Shown here: positions 36,000-48,900 of the stretch, in pieces
How the letters are laid out: each line of letters opens with the position of its first letter
How positions within the stretch are numbered: the stretch's first letter is position 1
NCBI RefSeq assembly: GCF_006345805.1
Contig: NW_021832414.1
Location: forward strand, 1 to 60,929
DNA length: 60,929 bases
Direction of reading: 5' to 3'
Origin: Octopus sinensis
Taxonomy: Eukaryota
Translations under genes and position numbers: made by a program
Notes under the pieces: generated by a model
Seen by the model: only the letters and a program-made list of their open reading frames with translations
Told to the model about the DNA's origin: nothing
Databases searched by the model: none

Positions 36000-38190
36000 G
36001 GATGCCCTTCCTAACGCCAACCACTCCGAGAGTGTAGTGGGTGATTTTATGTGCCACCAACACAGGTGCCAGACGAGGCTGGCAAACGGCCACGCTCGGA
36101 TGGTGTTTTTATGTGCCACCGACACAGGTGCCAGATGAGGCTGGCAAACGGCCACGATCGGATGGTGCTTGTTACGTGCCCACAGCACGGAGGCCAGTCG
36201 ATGCGGTACTGGCTACGGCCACGTTCGGATGGTTTTATTGTGTGCCACGTGCCACCGGTTCTGGTACCACAAAGATACAAATTCCATTGATGTTCATCTA
36301 TTTTGATTTGTTTTGATTTGATTTTCACTTGCCTCAACAGGTCTTCACAAGTGTCACAAGAAGGAAGGTATGCACAGGTGGACTGACTACGTCCCAGGTA
36401 GGGGCCATGGGTTATGGCCTGACTAGTCTTGCCGGGTCTTCGGATGGTGTTTTTATGTGCCATCGACACAGGTGCTAGATGAGGCTGGCGAACGGCCACG
36501 ATCGGATGGTGTTTGTCATGTGCCCACCGCACTGACTACAGCACTGATGGATTCTTGTGTTCCACAGGCACTGGTACCACAGGCACTGGTACCACAAGAT
36601 ACAAATTCCATTGATGTTCATCTATTTTGTCTATTTTGATTTTGATTTTGATTTTGATTTTGATTTTCACTTGCCTCAACCGGTCTTCACAAGTGTCACA
36701 AGAAGGAAGGTATGCACAGGTGGACTGACTAGTCTTGCCGGGTCTTCGGAAGGTGTTTTTATGTGCCACCGACACAGGTGCCAGATGAGGCTGGCGAACG
36801 GCCATGATCGGATGGTGTTTGTTACGTGCCCACAGCACGGAGGCCGGTCGATGCGGAACTGGCTACGGCCACGTTCGGATGGTTCTCATGTGTGCCACCG
36901 GCACTGGTACCACAAAGTGTGTGCCACCGGCACTGGTACCACAAAGATACAGATTCCATTGATGTTCATCTATTTTGATTTGTTTTGATTTTGATTTTGA
37001 TTTTCACTTGCCTCAACAGGTCTTCACAAGTGTCACAAGAAGGAAGGTATGCACAGGTGGACTGACTACGTCCCAGGTAGGGGCCATGGGTTATGGCCTG
37101 ACTAGTCTTGCCGGGTCTTCGGATGGTGTTTTTATGTGCCACCGACACAGGTGCTAGATGAGGCTGGCGAACGGCCACGATTGGATGGTGTTTGTCATGT
37201 GCCCACAGCACGGAGGCCAGTCGATGCGGTACTGGCTACGGCCACTTTCGGATGTGCCCACAGCACGGAGGCCAGTCGATGTGGTACTGGCTACGGCCAC
37301 TTTCGGATGGTTTTCTCTTGTGTGCCACCGGCACTGGTACCACAAAGATACAATTCCATTGATGTTCATCTATTTTGATTTGTTTTGATTTGATTTTGAT
37401 TTTGATTTTCACTTGCCTCAACAGGCCTTCACAAGTATCACAAGGAGGAAGGTATGCACAGGTGGACTGACTACGTCCCAGGTAGGGGCCATGGTTTATG
37501 GCCTGACTAGTCTTGCCGGTCTTCGGATGGTGTTTTTATGTGCCACCGACACAGGTGCTAGATGAGGCTGGCGAACGGCCACGACCGGATGGTGTTTGTT
37601 ATGTGCCCACAGCACGATGGCCAGTGATGCGGTACTGACTATGGCCACGTTCGGATGGATTCTTGTGTGCCACCGGCACTGGTACCACAAGCGGTACTGA
37701 CTACGGCCACGTTCGGATGGATTCTTGTGTGCCACCGGCACTGGTACCACAAAGATACAAATTCTATTGATGTTCATCTATTTTGATTTGTTTTGATTTT
37801 GATTTTCACTTGCCTCAACAGGTCTTCACAAGTGTCACAAGAAGGAAGGTATGTACAGGTGGACTGACTACGTCCCAGGTAGGGCCCACGGGTTATGACC
37901 TGACTAGTCTTGCCGGGTCTTCGGATGGTGTTTTTATGTGCCACTATGTTCCCACAGCACGGAGGCCAGTCGATGCGGAACTGGCTACGGCCACGTTCGG
38001 ATGGTTTTCTTGTGTGCCACAGGCACTGGTACCACAAAGATACAAATTCCATTGATGTTCATCTATTTTGATTGATTTTCACTTGCCTCAGCAGGTCTTC
38101 ACAAGTGTCACAAGAAGGAAGGTATGCACAGGTGGATCGACTACGTCCCAGGTAGGGGCCACGGGATATGGCCTGACTAGTCCTGCCGGG
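36000..38190. repeat. Tandem array of six 273-405-bp units inside the RTE 3' UTR
   Basis: Anchor gattttcacttgcctca at 36320, 36662, 36999, 37404, 37801 and 38074. Confidence 0.92.
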
Positions 38191-38271
38191 TCCTCTCATG
38201 CACAGCACACTTCCATAGGACTCGGTCTTCAGTCATTTCCTTGGTGAGACCTAAAGTTCGAAGGTCGTGCT

Positions 38272-41260
38272 TCACCACCTCGTACAGGTTTTCCTGGGTC
38301 TACCTCTTCCACAGGTTCCCTCAACTGCTAGGGTGTAGCACTTTTGCACACAACTATCTTCAGCCATTCTCGTCACATGACCATACCAGCGCAGCCGTCT
38401 CTCTTGCACACCACAACTGACACTTCTTAGGTTCAACTTTTCTCTCAAAGTACTTACACTCTGACGATTATGAACACTGACATTACACATCCATCGGAGC
38501 ATACTGGCTTCATTTCTTGCAAGCTTACGCATATCCTCAGCTGTCACGGCCCATGTTTCACTACCATGTAGCATGGCTGTACGTACACACGCATCATATA
38601 GTCTGCCTTTTACTCTTAGCGAGAGGCCTTTTGTCACCAGCAGGGGTAAGAGCTCTCTAAACTTTGCCCAGACTATTCTTACTCTAGCAGTTACACTTTC
38701 AGCACACCCACCCCCGCTACTGACTTGGTCTCCTAGGTAGCGGAAGCTATCAACTACTTCTAGTTTGTCTCCCTGGAACGTGGTAGAAGTTGGTCTCTGC
38801 ACATTTCCAGTGTTTATTTCTCTTGAGCATCTGCCACAGACAAAAACTATTTTCTTAGTTAGCCTTCCTTTGACATTGCTGCACCTCTTATGTGTCCATA
38901 GCTTACACTTGGTGCACCTTATAGAGTTTCTACCTACACCTTTTTTACAGATCGAGCAGGGCCATCTACCTGAAGTCGTTTGTGGTTGGTCCACCTTCCT
39001 ACTTATTAGGACTTTGGTTTTGGCTAGGTTGATTCTAAGGCCCTTCGATTCTAATCCTTGTTTCCACACCTGAAACTTCTCCTCCAGTTCTGATAGTGAC
39101 TCAACAATTAGAGCAAGGTCATCAGCATATAGGAGCTCCCAGGGGCATCCTGTCTTAAATTCTTCCGTTATTGCCTGGAGGACTATGATAAATAGGAGGG
39201 GGCTGAGGACTGAACCTTGGTGGACCCCAACCTCTACCCGGAATTCTTCACTGTACTCGTTGCCAACCCTCACCTTACTAGCTGCGTCTCTGTACATGGC
39301 TCGCACAGCTCTCACTAACCATTCATCTATCCCTAGTTTCCTCATTGACCACCAGATAAGGGATCGGGGGACCCTGTCAAAGGCTTTCTCTAAGTCAACA
39401 AAAGCCAGGTACAAGGGCTTACCTTTGGCTAGGTATTTCTCCTGCAGCTGTCTTACCAGGAATATAGCATCAGTAGTACTTTTCCCTGGCACGAACCCAA
39501 ACTGCATATCATCTAAGCTAACTCTCTCTAAATTAACTGGGCTATAACCCTCTCCGTAACCTTCATTACCTGATCCAACAGCTTGATGCCCCTGTAGTTA
39601 TTTGTATCTAGGGCATCGCCTTTACCTTTGTAGCAGTTGACTATTATGCTGCTACACCAGTCATTGGGTATGACTCCTTCGTGTATCACCTGGTTAACTA
39701 TACGGGTGACTATGCTATAGCCGACACTACCAGATATTTTGAGCATCTCTGCAGTAATTCCTGATGGGCCTGGGGCTTTCCCTGTCTTCATGCTTCTAAT
39801 TGCCTTAGCTACCACGGAACTATCAACTCGGATAGCTGGTCCCTCTGTTGGGTCAACATTCGGCAGACTCTCTTTATCCCATTCATTTTCCTCATTCAGC
39901 AACCTTTCATAGTGGCGTCTCCAAGCTTCTCTCTTTGCATCCTCATTTAGCGCAAGTGAGCCATCCTCCATGCGAACACATTTCTCTCCTACCACATCTC
40001 GATTCTCTCTCACTCACTGTCTTGCAACACGAAATACCTCAAGTCTTTCATCCTCACGGCGCAGGACATTGGCAAATTTTCTTTTATCTGCTTCCCCTCT
40101 GGCTAGATAGACCTGTCTCCTAGCTTCCCTTCTGGCAGTCTGATACACTTCCCTGCTACCACCGTTCTTCCAGGCCTTCCAAGCCTGTTTCTTTTGTCTA
40201 ATAGCCCTATCAACAATATTGTTCCACCACCATGTTATTTTGGGTCTTAAGGGGACTTTGCACCAGCCACAGATCTGGTCAGCGGCTTTCAGCAGGTTGT
40301 CCCTCAGAAACGTCCAGTTGTCTTCTACCCCATGTGTAGCTATACCCCCTTCCACTTCGTCAAAGGCTTCAAGTAACATATCTCTAAATCTCTGTCCATT
40401 CGCAGGGTCTTTAAGCTTCCAGACCCTTCTTCTCCAAGTTGGTCGTCTTCTAGTCGCCCTCTTAGTCCTGATCCTAAAGTCACTAACTACCAGTCTATGT
40501 TGTGGGGTGCATTCTTCGCCTGGGAAGGTTTTGGCATTTATAAGCAGCCATCTTTCCCTTTTTCTGGCGAGGATGTAGTCGATTTGGCTAGTATGCCGGC
40601 CCGATCGGTAGGTGACCAGGTGGCTTGTTGGTTTCCTGAAGTTAGTGTTGCAGATCATAAGACTATTCGCATCACAGAACTCCAGCAGCCTGGTTCCCTC
40701 CTCGTTGCGGGAACCATAACCGTAGCCTCCATGCACGCCATGGAAGCCCCCAGCATGTCGTCCAACATGCCCATTGAAATCACCAGCCACAAAGAGAAGG
40801 TCCCTGTCGTTCTTCAATGAGGTGGTCTGCAGTAGGGTGTCATAGAAACTGTCTTTCTGTCCATCGGGTAGCCCTGGCTGAGGGGCATAGGCCGATATAA
40901 TGGTTGCTAATCTATTATGAAGCACTATTCTAATATTAAGTATTCTGTCACTTACTCTGATTACCTCAATTACTCTATCTATCCATTTCTCAGCGATAAG
41001 TATACCCACGCCACCAACCCCGTCAGTGTTCCCTGCCCAGAAAATCTTGTACCTGTGTTCCTTGCCTGTGAGGAACCTAGCAGATCCTCCTCTCCACCTT
41101 ATTTCTTGCATACAACATACGTCAACACGTCTCCGTTCAAGCATCTCGACTATCTCGCCAGACCTACCTTTCAGTGTGCCAGCGTTGAGGGTGCCCACCC
41201 TGAGGGGGTGGAAGGTATTGACCCGAGAGGCCCAGGGACGGGGAGCAGTGCCGTCATGTA
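38272..41260 (-). pseudogene. RTE ORF (AP endonuclease + RT) broken by one in-frame TGA (40014-40016) and frameshifts near 39530 and 38280
   Basis: GTLNAGTLKGR…QEIRW, AGDFNGHVG, SQIDYIL, QFGFVPGKSTTDA, FVDLEKAFD, QGSVLSP, LLYADD. The ORF after the TGA continues in the same frame. Confidence 0.93.
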
Positions 41261-41921
41261 CCTGAAAGGAAGAAAAAACTCGTATTTGGCAGAATTCATA
41301 AGCAAAGCAATGAACTTAAGTTCAACCTGTTACACTGCACTAACATGTTTTTGCGCCGTATGGTCACCACCATATATAGAAGGGGTGGTATTGGTTTAAG
41401 GCCTTTAGGTGTTCATGGAAGAAAAGCAAAGGAAGGCAAGGTGAGATAAGGACTTCCAGTGGTGGTGGGGGCGGGAGGGCGGGCGCACTGGGAGAAGACG
41501 AGATTTAGGCGGCAGTAAGAAAGGCAAGATTTGAGATGGAAAGGTTTGCGGCCGTGTGCATAAGTTTCTATGAGTGGAAGTTGGGAAAGATGGGTTAGAG
41601 AATTAAGCGACAAAGACCAGATTTGAGACGAGATGTTTTTTTGCGGTCGTGTGAATAAGTTTTTGTGAGCGAAAGTTTATATGCTTCAGCTAGCATTTGA
41701 GACGAAGGATAATGATAATATATGGGGGACACAATAATAAGGCTTGATGGTGATAATAATACTTGCAAAAACAATGAAAGAGGAACAGGTCGTGAACTTA
41801 AATATGACTTAGCTGATATTATTCATCATCCTGCGGTTCGTAGTTCGTGTTATAGCCAGGAGGAAAGCATATATATATATATATACACACACACACCCAC
41901 ACACACATATATATACATATA

Positions 41922-42759
41922 CAGGGCGTCCCAAAAGTCACTAACGGATCTCAATTTCTAATAACCTCCCCAACTGTACAAACAAATGCATGAAACTTCG
42001 ATACAACATAAAGGAAATAATGGAAACTAATATGCACAAGTAAAACCCCGCAACACCACTACATCACACATGAAAAATGACTGCTTAAATGGCAGCCATT
42101 TCTGGCTATGCACACCAGTGCTCTTTCCACCGTAACACCCTCAAGAGTTTCAGACCCCACCCCTCCGATTTCTCAATTGTTCCTCTCTTTCAGTCGCACC
42201 AGGGTCTCTAGCTTGCCGATGCAAACCCTCTCCTTCAGGTATCCCCACAAGAAAAAATCCAGGCTAGTCAAGTCTGGAGAACATGAAGGCCATTCAGTAG
42301 ATCTTACACATGGTTCCAACATGATGGGGCAACTGCTTATACCACAAGAGAAACAATGCAGTTGCTATGGCAGTGCTTTGGAGAAAGAATAATCTCCTGC
42401 TACACCAATATCAATTTTATGTTCCCCAGACTTGATATTCTCTTGTGGGGACACCTGAAAGAGAGGGCCAACATCAACAAGCCATATACCCTGGTGCAAC
42501 TGAAGGAGAACATCAATAGAGAAAACAGAGAAGTGGGATCTGAAACCCTTGAGGGCGTTATGGTGGAAAGAACATGAGTGTGCAAAACTGAAAATGGCTG
42601 TCATTTTTCATATTTGATGTCGCAATGTTGCAAAATTTCACCTGTGCATATTAACCTCCATTATGTCCCTTATACTGTATCAACATTTCCTGCATTTATT
42701 TGTAAAGCTAAGGAAGCTATTAAAAACTGAAACCCATCAGTGACTTCTGAGATACCCTG
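41922..42759. mobile_element. Non-autonomous Tc1/mariner-superfamily element built from two inverted transposase 3' halves
   Basis: TA|cagggcgtcccaaaagtcact…agtgacttctgagataccctg|TA. ~42060-42290 (minus: WPSCSPDLTSLDFFLWGYLKERV) is homologous to ~42400-42625 (plus). Confidence 0.8.
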
Positions 42760-42771
42760 TATTTATATATA

Positions 42772-42823
<52 letters not shown>

Positions 42824-42929
42824 CATACACACACACACACATATATATATCATCAACATCTAACATCTACTTTTCCATTCTTGCATGGGTCAGATGGAAT
42901 TTGTTGAGGCAGATTTTCAATACAGGTGC

Positions 42930-43290
42930 ATGTGTGGCTGTGTGGTAAGAAGTTTGCTTCCCAACCACATGGTTCCTTGTTCAGTCCCATTGTGTGGCAA
43001 CTTGGGCAAGTGTCTTCTACTATAGCCTTGGGTTGACCAAAGTATTGAGTGGATTTGGTAGATGGAAACTGAAAGAAGCCTGTTGTATATATGTGTGTGT
43101 GTGTGTCTTTGATTGTTCCCAATGACTGTTTGAGAACCAGTGTTGGGATATTTACATTCCCATAACTTAGCAGTTCAGCAAAGAAACCCATAGAATAAAT
43201 ACTAGACTTTAAAAAAAACATTGGCATTAATTGTTTGATTAAAACCCTTCAAGTCGGTGCCTAGCTGAAGTCTAATGACTGAGACAAGCT
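42930..43290 (+). mobile_element. tRNA-derived SINE (same family as 15899)
   Basis: gtggctgtgtggtaagaagtttgcttcc…cttgggcaagtgtctt…cataacttagcagttc. Further decayed copies near 45290, 45740, 46830 and 47500. Confidence 0.8.
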
Positions 43291-43310
43291 ATAAAAAATA
43301 TGTATATATA

Positions 43311-43795
43311 TCTATATATACATAAAACTCAACTTGTGTGTCTGTGTGTTTAACTTCCCAGCACATCTCCTCCTAGCCAACAAATAGTAGAACCACCAAA
43401 AATGGGTCACTTAAAGTTTAGGCGAATGAAAATTGAACTGCGCTATTTCTGTCCCAAAATTCATCTCGCAAGTGCAAAAATCGATAATGTGTTTGTTTAG
43501 GCCTTATCCCTTGCATTGAATAGTGAACTTTACTCAGTCAGCTGTTTGACGTGAACTGTGTTCACCACGTGTGCAAGCATGCGTAAATTGCATGAAAAAT
43601 AAAAAATCAAGATATAAAAACGAATCGCCATAAACATTGTAGAAATTCAGCAAAGAAATGAAATTTCGGGATGTAGCCTGGAGGATTTTTTCATATTAAT
43701 CGTTTGGACTTTGTGAACACACCAATTGTTTTCATAACATTTTTAACGCTTTGAATTAAATGTGACCATTTTGCAAAGCTGGGCAATACTGCTAG
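43311..43795 (+). mobile_element. Putative non-autonomous Helitron-like element
   Basis: A|TC start and CTAG|T end (gggcaatactgctagt). A related 3' end lies on the minus strand at ~34075-34110 (ggcaacgccgggtaactctgctagt). Confidence 0.5.
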
Positions 43796-43819
43796 TATAT
43801 AATATATATGTGTGTGTAT

Positions 43820-43857
<38 letters not shown>

Positions 43858-44088
43858 GTGTAATAAATATCAGAGATGCTTTGCCTTGTGCAAAAGTTAC
43901 TCAGAGATTTTACAAGATCTTCTATATCCATCAGAATGCTGAAAACCCTTCCATATTGCCAGCAGGTGTCTCAGAGTCACAAGTGCTTTGCTCCCTTAGC
44001 GTGTACACATCACCTGAGTGGGGCAGTGAGGACTGAACTACTCTTCACCTGTAGAAGGGTTCCACTTATATTCTCCGATGAACTATAG

Positions 44089-44300
44089 TTACCTTGAGCT
44101 GGTTTCAGCTGTTCTGCCTATCTCCACGGTGGATTTCTTCAGCTGTCTGAAACCTAGACTTATATTCTGTAGGAAATAGCACCAATCTATCTGGAATGCC
44201 ATGGTAGCAACCTCAGTAGAAAACGAGGCTGCATGCCATCCCTTGACAAGGACCTTTTCAACCAAGTCTTGATGCTTGTTTTTTTTTTTTTTAGCTAGTG
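44089..44300 (-). mobile_element. Possible C-terminal remnant of a restriction-like-endonuclease non-LTR retrotransposon (HERO/NeSL-like)
   Basis: KHQDLVEKVLVKGWHAASFSTEVATMAF…IGRTAETSSR resembles K…L…GW.A..FPVEVG.RGF…AE.AS; degenerate. Confidence 0.4.
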
Positions 44301-47102
44301 GGAAATACTGAGTTAGCTCTCCCAAGAAATATATTAGATAGAACAAGGCTCTAACTTTTGAAGGTATTTCATAATTGACGAGATTAATACAACTTGTTCA
44401 GTTTAAACATCTGCAAAACCATGTTTGTGGGGACAAAATTCTATAGGGTTGATGTTCTAAAGAGGGGGAGTAAAACACAACAAGGAGAAAAGATAGGTGT
44501 GTTGTCTGAGCCTTGATGGTGATATGTAACAAAATAATTCTGAGGAGATGCTTTTTTTTTTTTTATGGTGTTTCAGTCCATGTGTGTGTGTATGTGAGAA
44601 AGATATGTGAGTGAAGGTGTGTGTCATGATGATAGACGTCTTTTAAGGTACACACACATACATAGAAAATGTGAGGTCATCGTATAAAATTTTTATGATA
44701 GTTGATTTATGGAAAAGATTATGTTAAATTTTTGAAATGCAAATATGTAAATGAAAATTAAGTTCAGACCTTTACATGGTAGGTAGAACTGGTAGAAATA
44801 GAAGCCAAATCTCCCTCAAAACACCCTACTGTCTTAATCCGACAATTCAGTCTATTATGTAGTTTGAATGAGAAACTGTAACTAAAGGTTAAGATTATTA
44901 ACCCCACAAAGAGGAGAAAGGAGAGAGATAGCATAGCGAAAGTTTTGGCTGACTGTCATCTTGTACTCCCCTTGTTGCTAGCGAAATGGTACATGCCGGC
45001 TGTGTGAACAACTTGTTGTTTTAATGGCGGAACAAATGGGAATTCCATTAGAAAAGGTTTTAATCGATTTCCTCAGTAACTATGGGAACTAGGAAAAAAA
45101 AATACAAACCGCATTCCAATCTATGCACCTGTCTCCACATGTGTGCCATTTTTCATGAGAACCCACCCAGCCATTTGGCTGTGAACCTCAAGGCAAGAAA
45201 GAATACAAGAATCGCCCATGTCCAATTTATATATATATATATATATACACACACACAGACACATATAGGGGGGTATGTATGCAGTGCTTTGAAGAAGTTT
45301 GCTTCACACACACAATTCCAGATTCAGTACCTTACATGGCACATTGGGAAGTATCTTCTAGTATAGATTTAGGCTGACCAATACTTTGTAGTAAATGGAA
45401 TTTGGTAGACTGAAACTATGCAGACAACCATCTCAAATCCTTCATTCTCTCTCTCTCTCTCTTTAAACATACACACAGATATCGTTGTTTATTTATTTTT
45501 TTTTTTGTTTCAATACCACATCACCAATTAAAATGACAGTCAGTAGAATATAGAACAATAAACAGCACTGTTATGATCACACAAAAACCTCTGAGAGTTG
45601 TATTACTCCTGCATGGCTACTGAAGAGAATATACACATACATACATATATATAACTTGTGCCAGGCATAACAAAATTTACAATGGATCTTCACTAAAATT
45701 ATCAACTTGTCATATGTCGCATATGTGAAATACACATACAGTTTCCATCAACCAAATTCTATTCCCAAGGCATTGGTCAGCTCAAAGTTATAGTAGAAGA
45801 CACTGTCTGGTATAACTTCATATGACTAGAGGTTGTTGAAGTGTGATGGTGAGCAACTTCATAGCAATAAGTCAAGTTGCCTTTCGTTGGATACCACTTA
45901 GGATATCTCTAAGTACAGCAGCAGCATCAACAATTAAATGTCAGCTCAGAATTAACAGCAGCACCAATAAATGTCAACACAGGATTAGCTGAGAAGCCAT
46001 ATCTAGAAATCAAGCCAATTCCAACATCACCATTAACCATCCAGTTCTAGGCCACAAGATTTCATTGAGAGTGATGATTCATAAAATGAGATAGACTTCC
46101 TTTTGGCCAAGTATCAATTATCCTATTTTACTATCTACCAAATTATAATCACAAGCACTGTGAAGTGAGATCAAACTCAGAACTATAAGGTTGTATACCA
46201 AACTTTTTAACCAGAGTAATGCCCACATTCATTATCAACTGAATTTCTTTTATTCACTTTCATAAAATGAAAAGCACAGATAGCTTCAGAAGAAAGTGAA
46301 TTTAGGAAGTAAAGGAGCATAATTAAACACTGCAAGGGATTTTCTCAGTCATTTTCTGTATGTCTGTCTACAGTTATGCATGTGTATTTGTGCATGCACA
46401 TGCTCCAGTCTACTCAACAGAAAATGAGTATGGAAGACTAACTTCTCATTCAGTGGTAGAGTATTGTACTCTCTCAGGAGCTTAAAAGCAATGGCAACTG
46501 GACAAACTTGAACCTGATGAACCTGTAAGCTCATGACAGACCTATTTATCTTTATCTTTTATATATATTTTCATTTGTTTTTGCATGATTTTCTACATTA
46601 GCCAGGGTTACACAAATATATTATTGAGACATTTGTTTTATTGCTGGATTCTCTTTCTCAAGTAGAGGATCTCATATTCCAACAAGCTTTGAAGGCATGA
46701 TGCAAACATATATTGACAAGAGAAATGCCAACAAGAAGACTATGCGAATGTCATGACTTTCATATAAGCAAGCAACAGATGCAAACAAATACACAAAAGC
46801 CACACGTGTGTATGTATGTGTGTACACACACAACAGGATTGTTTCTTAGTTTCCATCTACTATCAAACCCACTCAGAAGGCTTTGGTTAGCTCAGGGCTG
46901 TAGAAGAAGACATTTGCCCAATGTGCAGTGCAATGAGATATATATAAATATACATAGGTTGCTGAAGTTGTGAACTGACTTAGTGCAAGCTGAATTTCTT
47001 TTCTAAAACATTAAGTTTGTAAAATATAACTATTTGTTATATAGTTATCTTTAATTCATGTAGAATCTTCTTTGGATTTCTGTTGCCTTTGACATACATA
47101 AA

Positions 47103-47453
47103 GACTTTGTTTCTGTGTTTCACTCTCATCACTGCTTCACAACTGCTGTTCGTTTATTTACATCCCCATAACTTACTGGTTTCACAAGAAGAAACTAATA
47201 AGTACCAGGCTTAAAAAAAGGCACATGGCTGTGTCTCATACTCAGTTGTATCTATAATAGATACAACTGCTAACCAAACTCATACTCAGTTGTATCTATG
47301 ATAGATACAACTGAGTATGAGACACAGCCTTGTGCCTTTTTTTAAGCCTGGTACTTATTAGTTTCTTCTTGTGAAACCAGTAAGTTATGGGGATGTAAAT
47401 AAACGAACAGCAGTTGTGAAGCAGTGATGAGAGTGAAATACAGAAACAAAGTC
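47103..47453. repeat. Fold-back inverted duplication, 153-bp arms (47103-47255 / 47301-47453), 45-bp spacer built from arm sequence
   Basis: Pair sum 94556; about two mismatches between the arms. Confidence 0.95.
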
Positions 47454-47597
47454 ATCCACATACACTTAAATATATACATACATATATATATGCGATTGAT
47501 TTCTTTCAGTTTCTGTTTGCAAAATCCACTGACAAGGCTTTGGTTGGTCTGAGTCTATAGCAGAAGACACATGCCAAATCATCACACAGTGGGACTG

Positions 47598-47674
47598 AAC
47601 CCAGGACCATGTGTTTTGGAACAAAGTTTGTTACCACACAGCCACACCTGCACCTATGTATGTGTGTGTGTGTA

Positions 47675-47736
<62 letters not shown>

Positions 47737-47931
47737 GCATGTATATATGTGAATATATGTGTACATATTACATGTACATCTATCTATATATATATATACA
47801 TCTACACATATACATATACATCTATATATATATAGAAATAAATGTATACATATACAGCTATACACACATACATAGGTGCAGGTGTGGCTGTGTGGTAACA
47901 AACTTCGTTCCAAAACACATGGTCCTGGGTT
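47598..47931. repeat. Inverted repeat of a SINE head, 70-bp arms (47598-47667 / 47862-47931), around a microsatellite
   Basis: aacccaggaccatgtg…cctgcacctatgtatg and its reverse complement, one mismatch. Confidence 0.9.
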
Positions 47932-48369
47932 TAAATTTAAATTTAAGATAATAAGGGTGAGAAATTGAATATTAATTTGATTAATATGAATTGAAAACCA
48001 TTGGTGTAGCATATAAGACCATAGTGGATCTTCTAGCAAAATGGATGTCCACTGTTAATGGTTCATCCCTCTTATATAATAGTTTGACTTTAATAGTTTC
48101 AGTATTAAAGTGAAAGTATCTGACATTACAATAGAGAGATGTTTTTGTTTCACTTTTAACAAGTAATACTGAAATAGTGGAGAAGATATGATATTGCTGT
48201 GGGCTTGCCCTAGGCAAGAAGTTAGACATTTTTTGCCCATGACACTACATGGACCCTAAGTAAGGCATGTGTAAAATTTGAATGAAATTGGTTGTGTAGT
48301 TCTCAAGTTTTAGAGATTCACAGACAGACAGACACACATTCTCAGTTTTATATATATAGATAACAGGAA

Positions 48370-48900
48370 ATATTTTACCACAGATGGTATGGTTTCTTCC
48401 CTGTGTGGATACATTTGTTTAGAAAAAGCTCTTTTCTTGAAAAATATTTTACCACAGGTATTGTTATAGTATAGTTTTCTTTCTTCAGTGTATAGATGAA
48501 GAACTACTAAAAGGAAAAATTTTACCACAGATATCACAGTGGTATGTTTCTTCGCCAATATGAATACATCTATGGACCAATAAGTTACTATTAAGACAGA
48601 AAGCTTATTATTGCAAATATCACAGTCATATGACTTCTCTCCCTGTGTGAATCACTTTTGAGAGAATTTTATACCACAATCGTCCCAATGACATGTTTTT
48701 ACTTGTGTGTAAATAATTTGGTTTGTAGATAAAAACTCACTAACAGAAACTGTTTTACTACATATCACAATTGTTTGGTTTTTCTTCTGTGTGAATCAAT
48801 TTACCACAGATATCAGAATGGTGTGATTTTTCTCCTATGTGAATATATTTATGTCTGAATAAAAAGACAAGTAAGCAGAAATTATTTTATTACATGGGAT
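48370..48900 (-). pseudogene. Highly decayed C2H2 zinc-finger repeats
   Basis: Repeated ttttaccacagatatcac…ggtt…tctcc.gtgtgaat units (minus strand [21 protein letters not shown]) with many indels. Confidence 0.7.

Larger units (their letters stand above)
35872..41868 (-). mobile_element. Near-full-length RTE-clade LINE with expanded 3' UTR; 5' limit (41270-41868) uncertain
   Basis: Endonuclease and RT ORF, (ATC)n tail at 35872, (TA)n on both flanks. Confidence 0.85.

Noticed and set aside
36000-38190. CRISPR or novel repeat-protein gene (several overlapping ORFs)
   Set aside because: It is a tandem amplification of RTE 3' UTR. The ORFs are short, on both strands and inconsistent between units.
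40014-41198. Host gene (such ORFs are often auto-annotated as craniofacial development protein 2-like)
   Set aside because: It is the AP-endonuclease part of an RTE LINE, in frame with RT and followed by the LINE tail.
41200-41868. HDV-like ribozyme in the RTE leader
   Set aside because: Known for some RTE 5' UTRs, but no nested double pseudoknot could be identified by eye. A structure-based search is needed.
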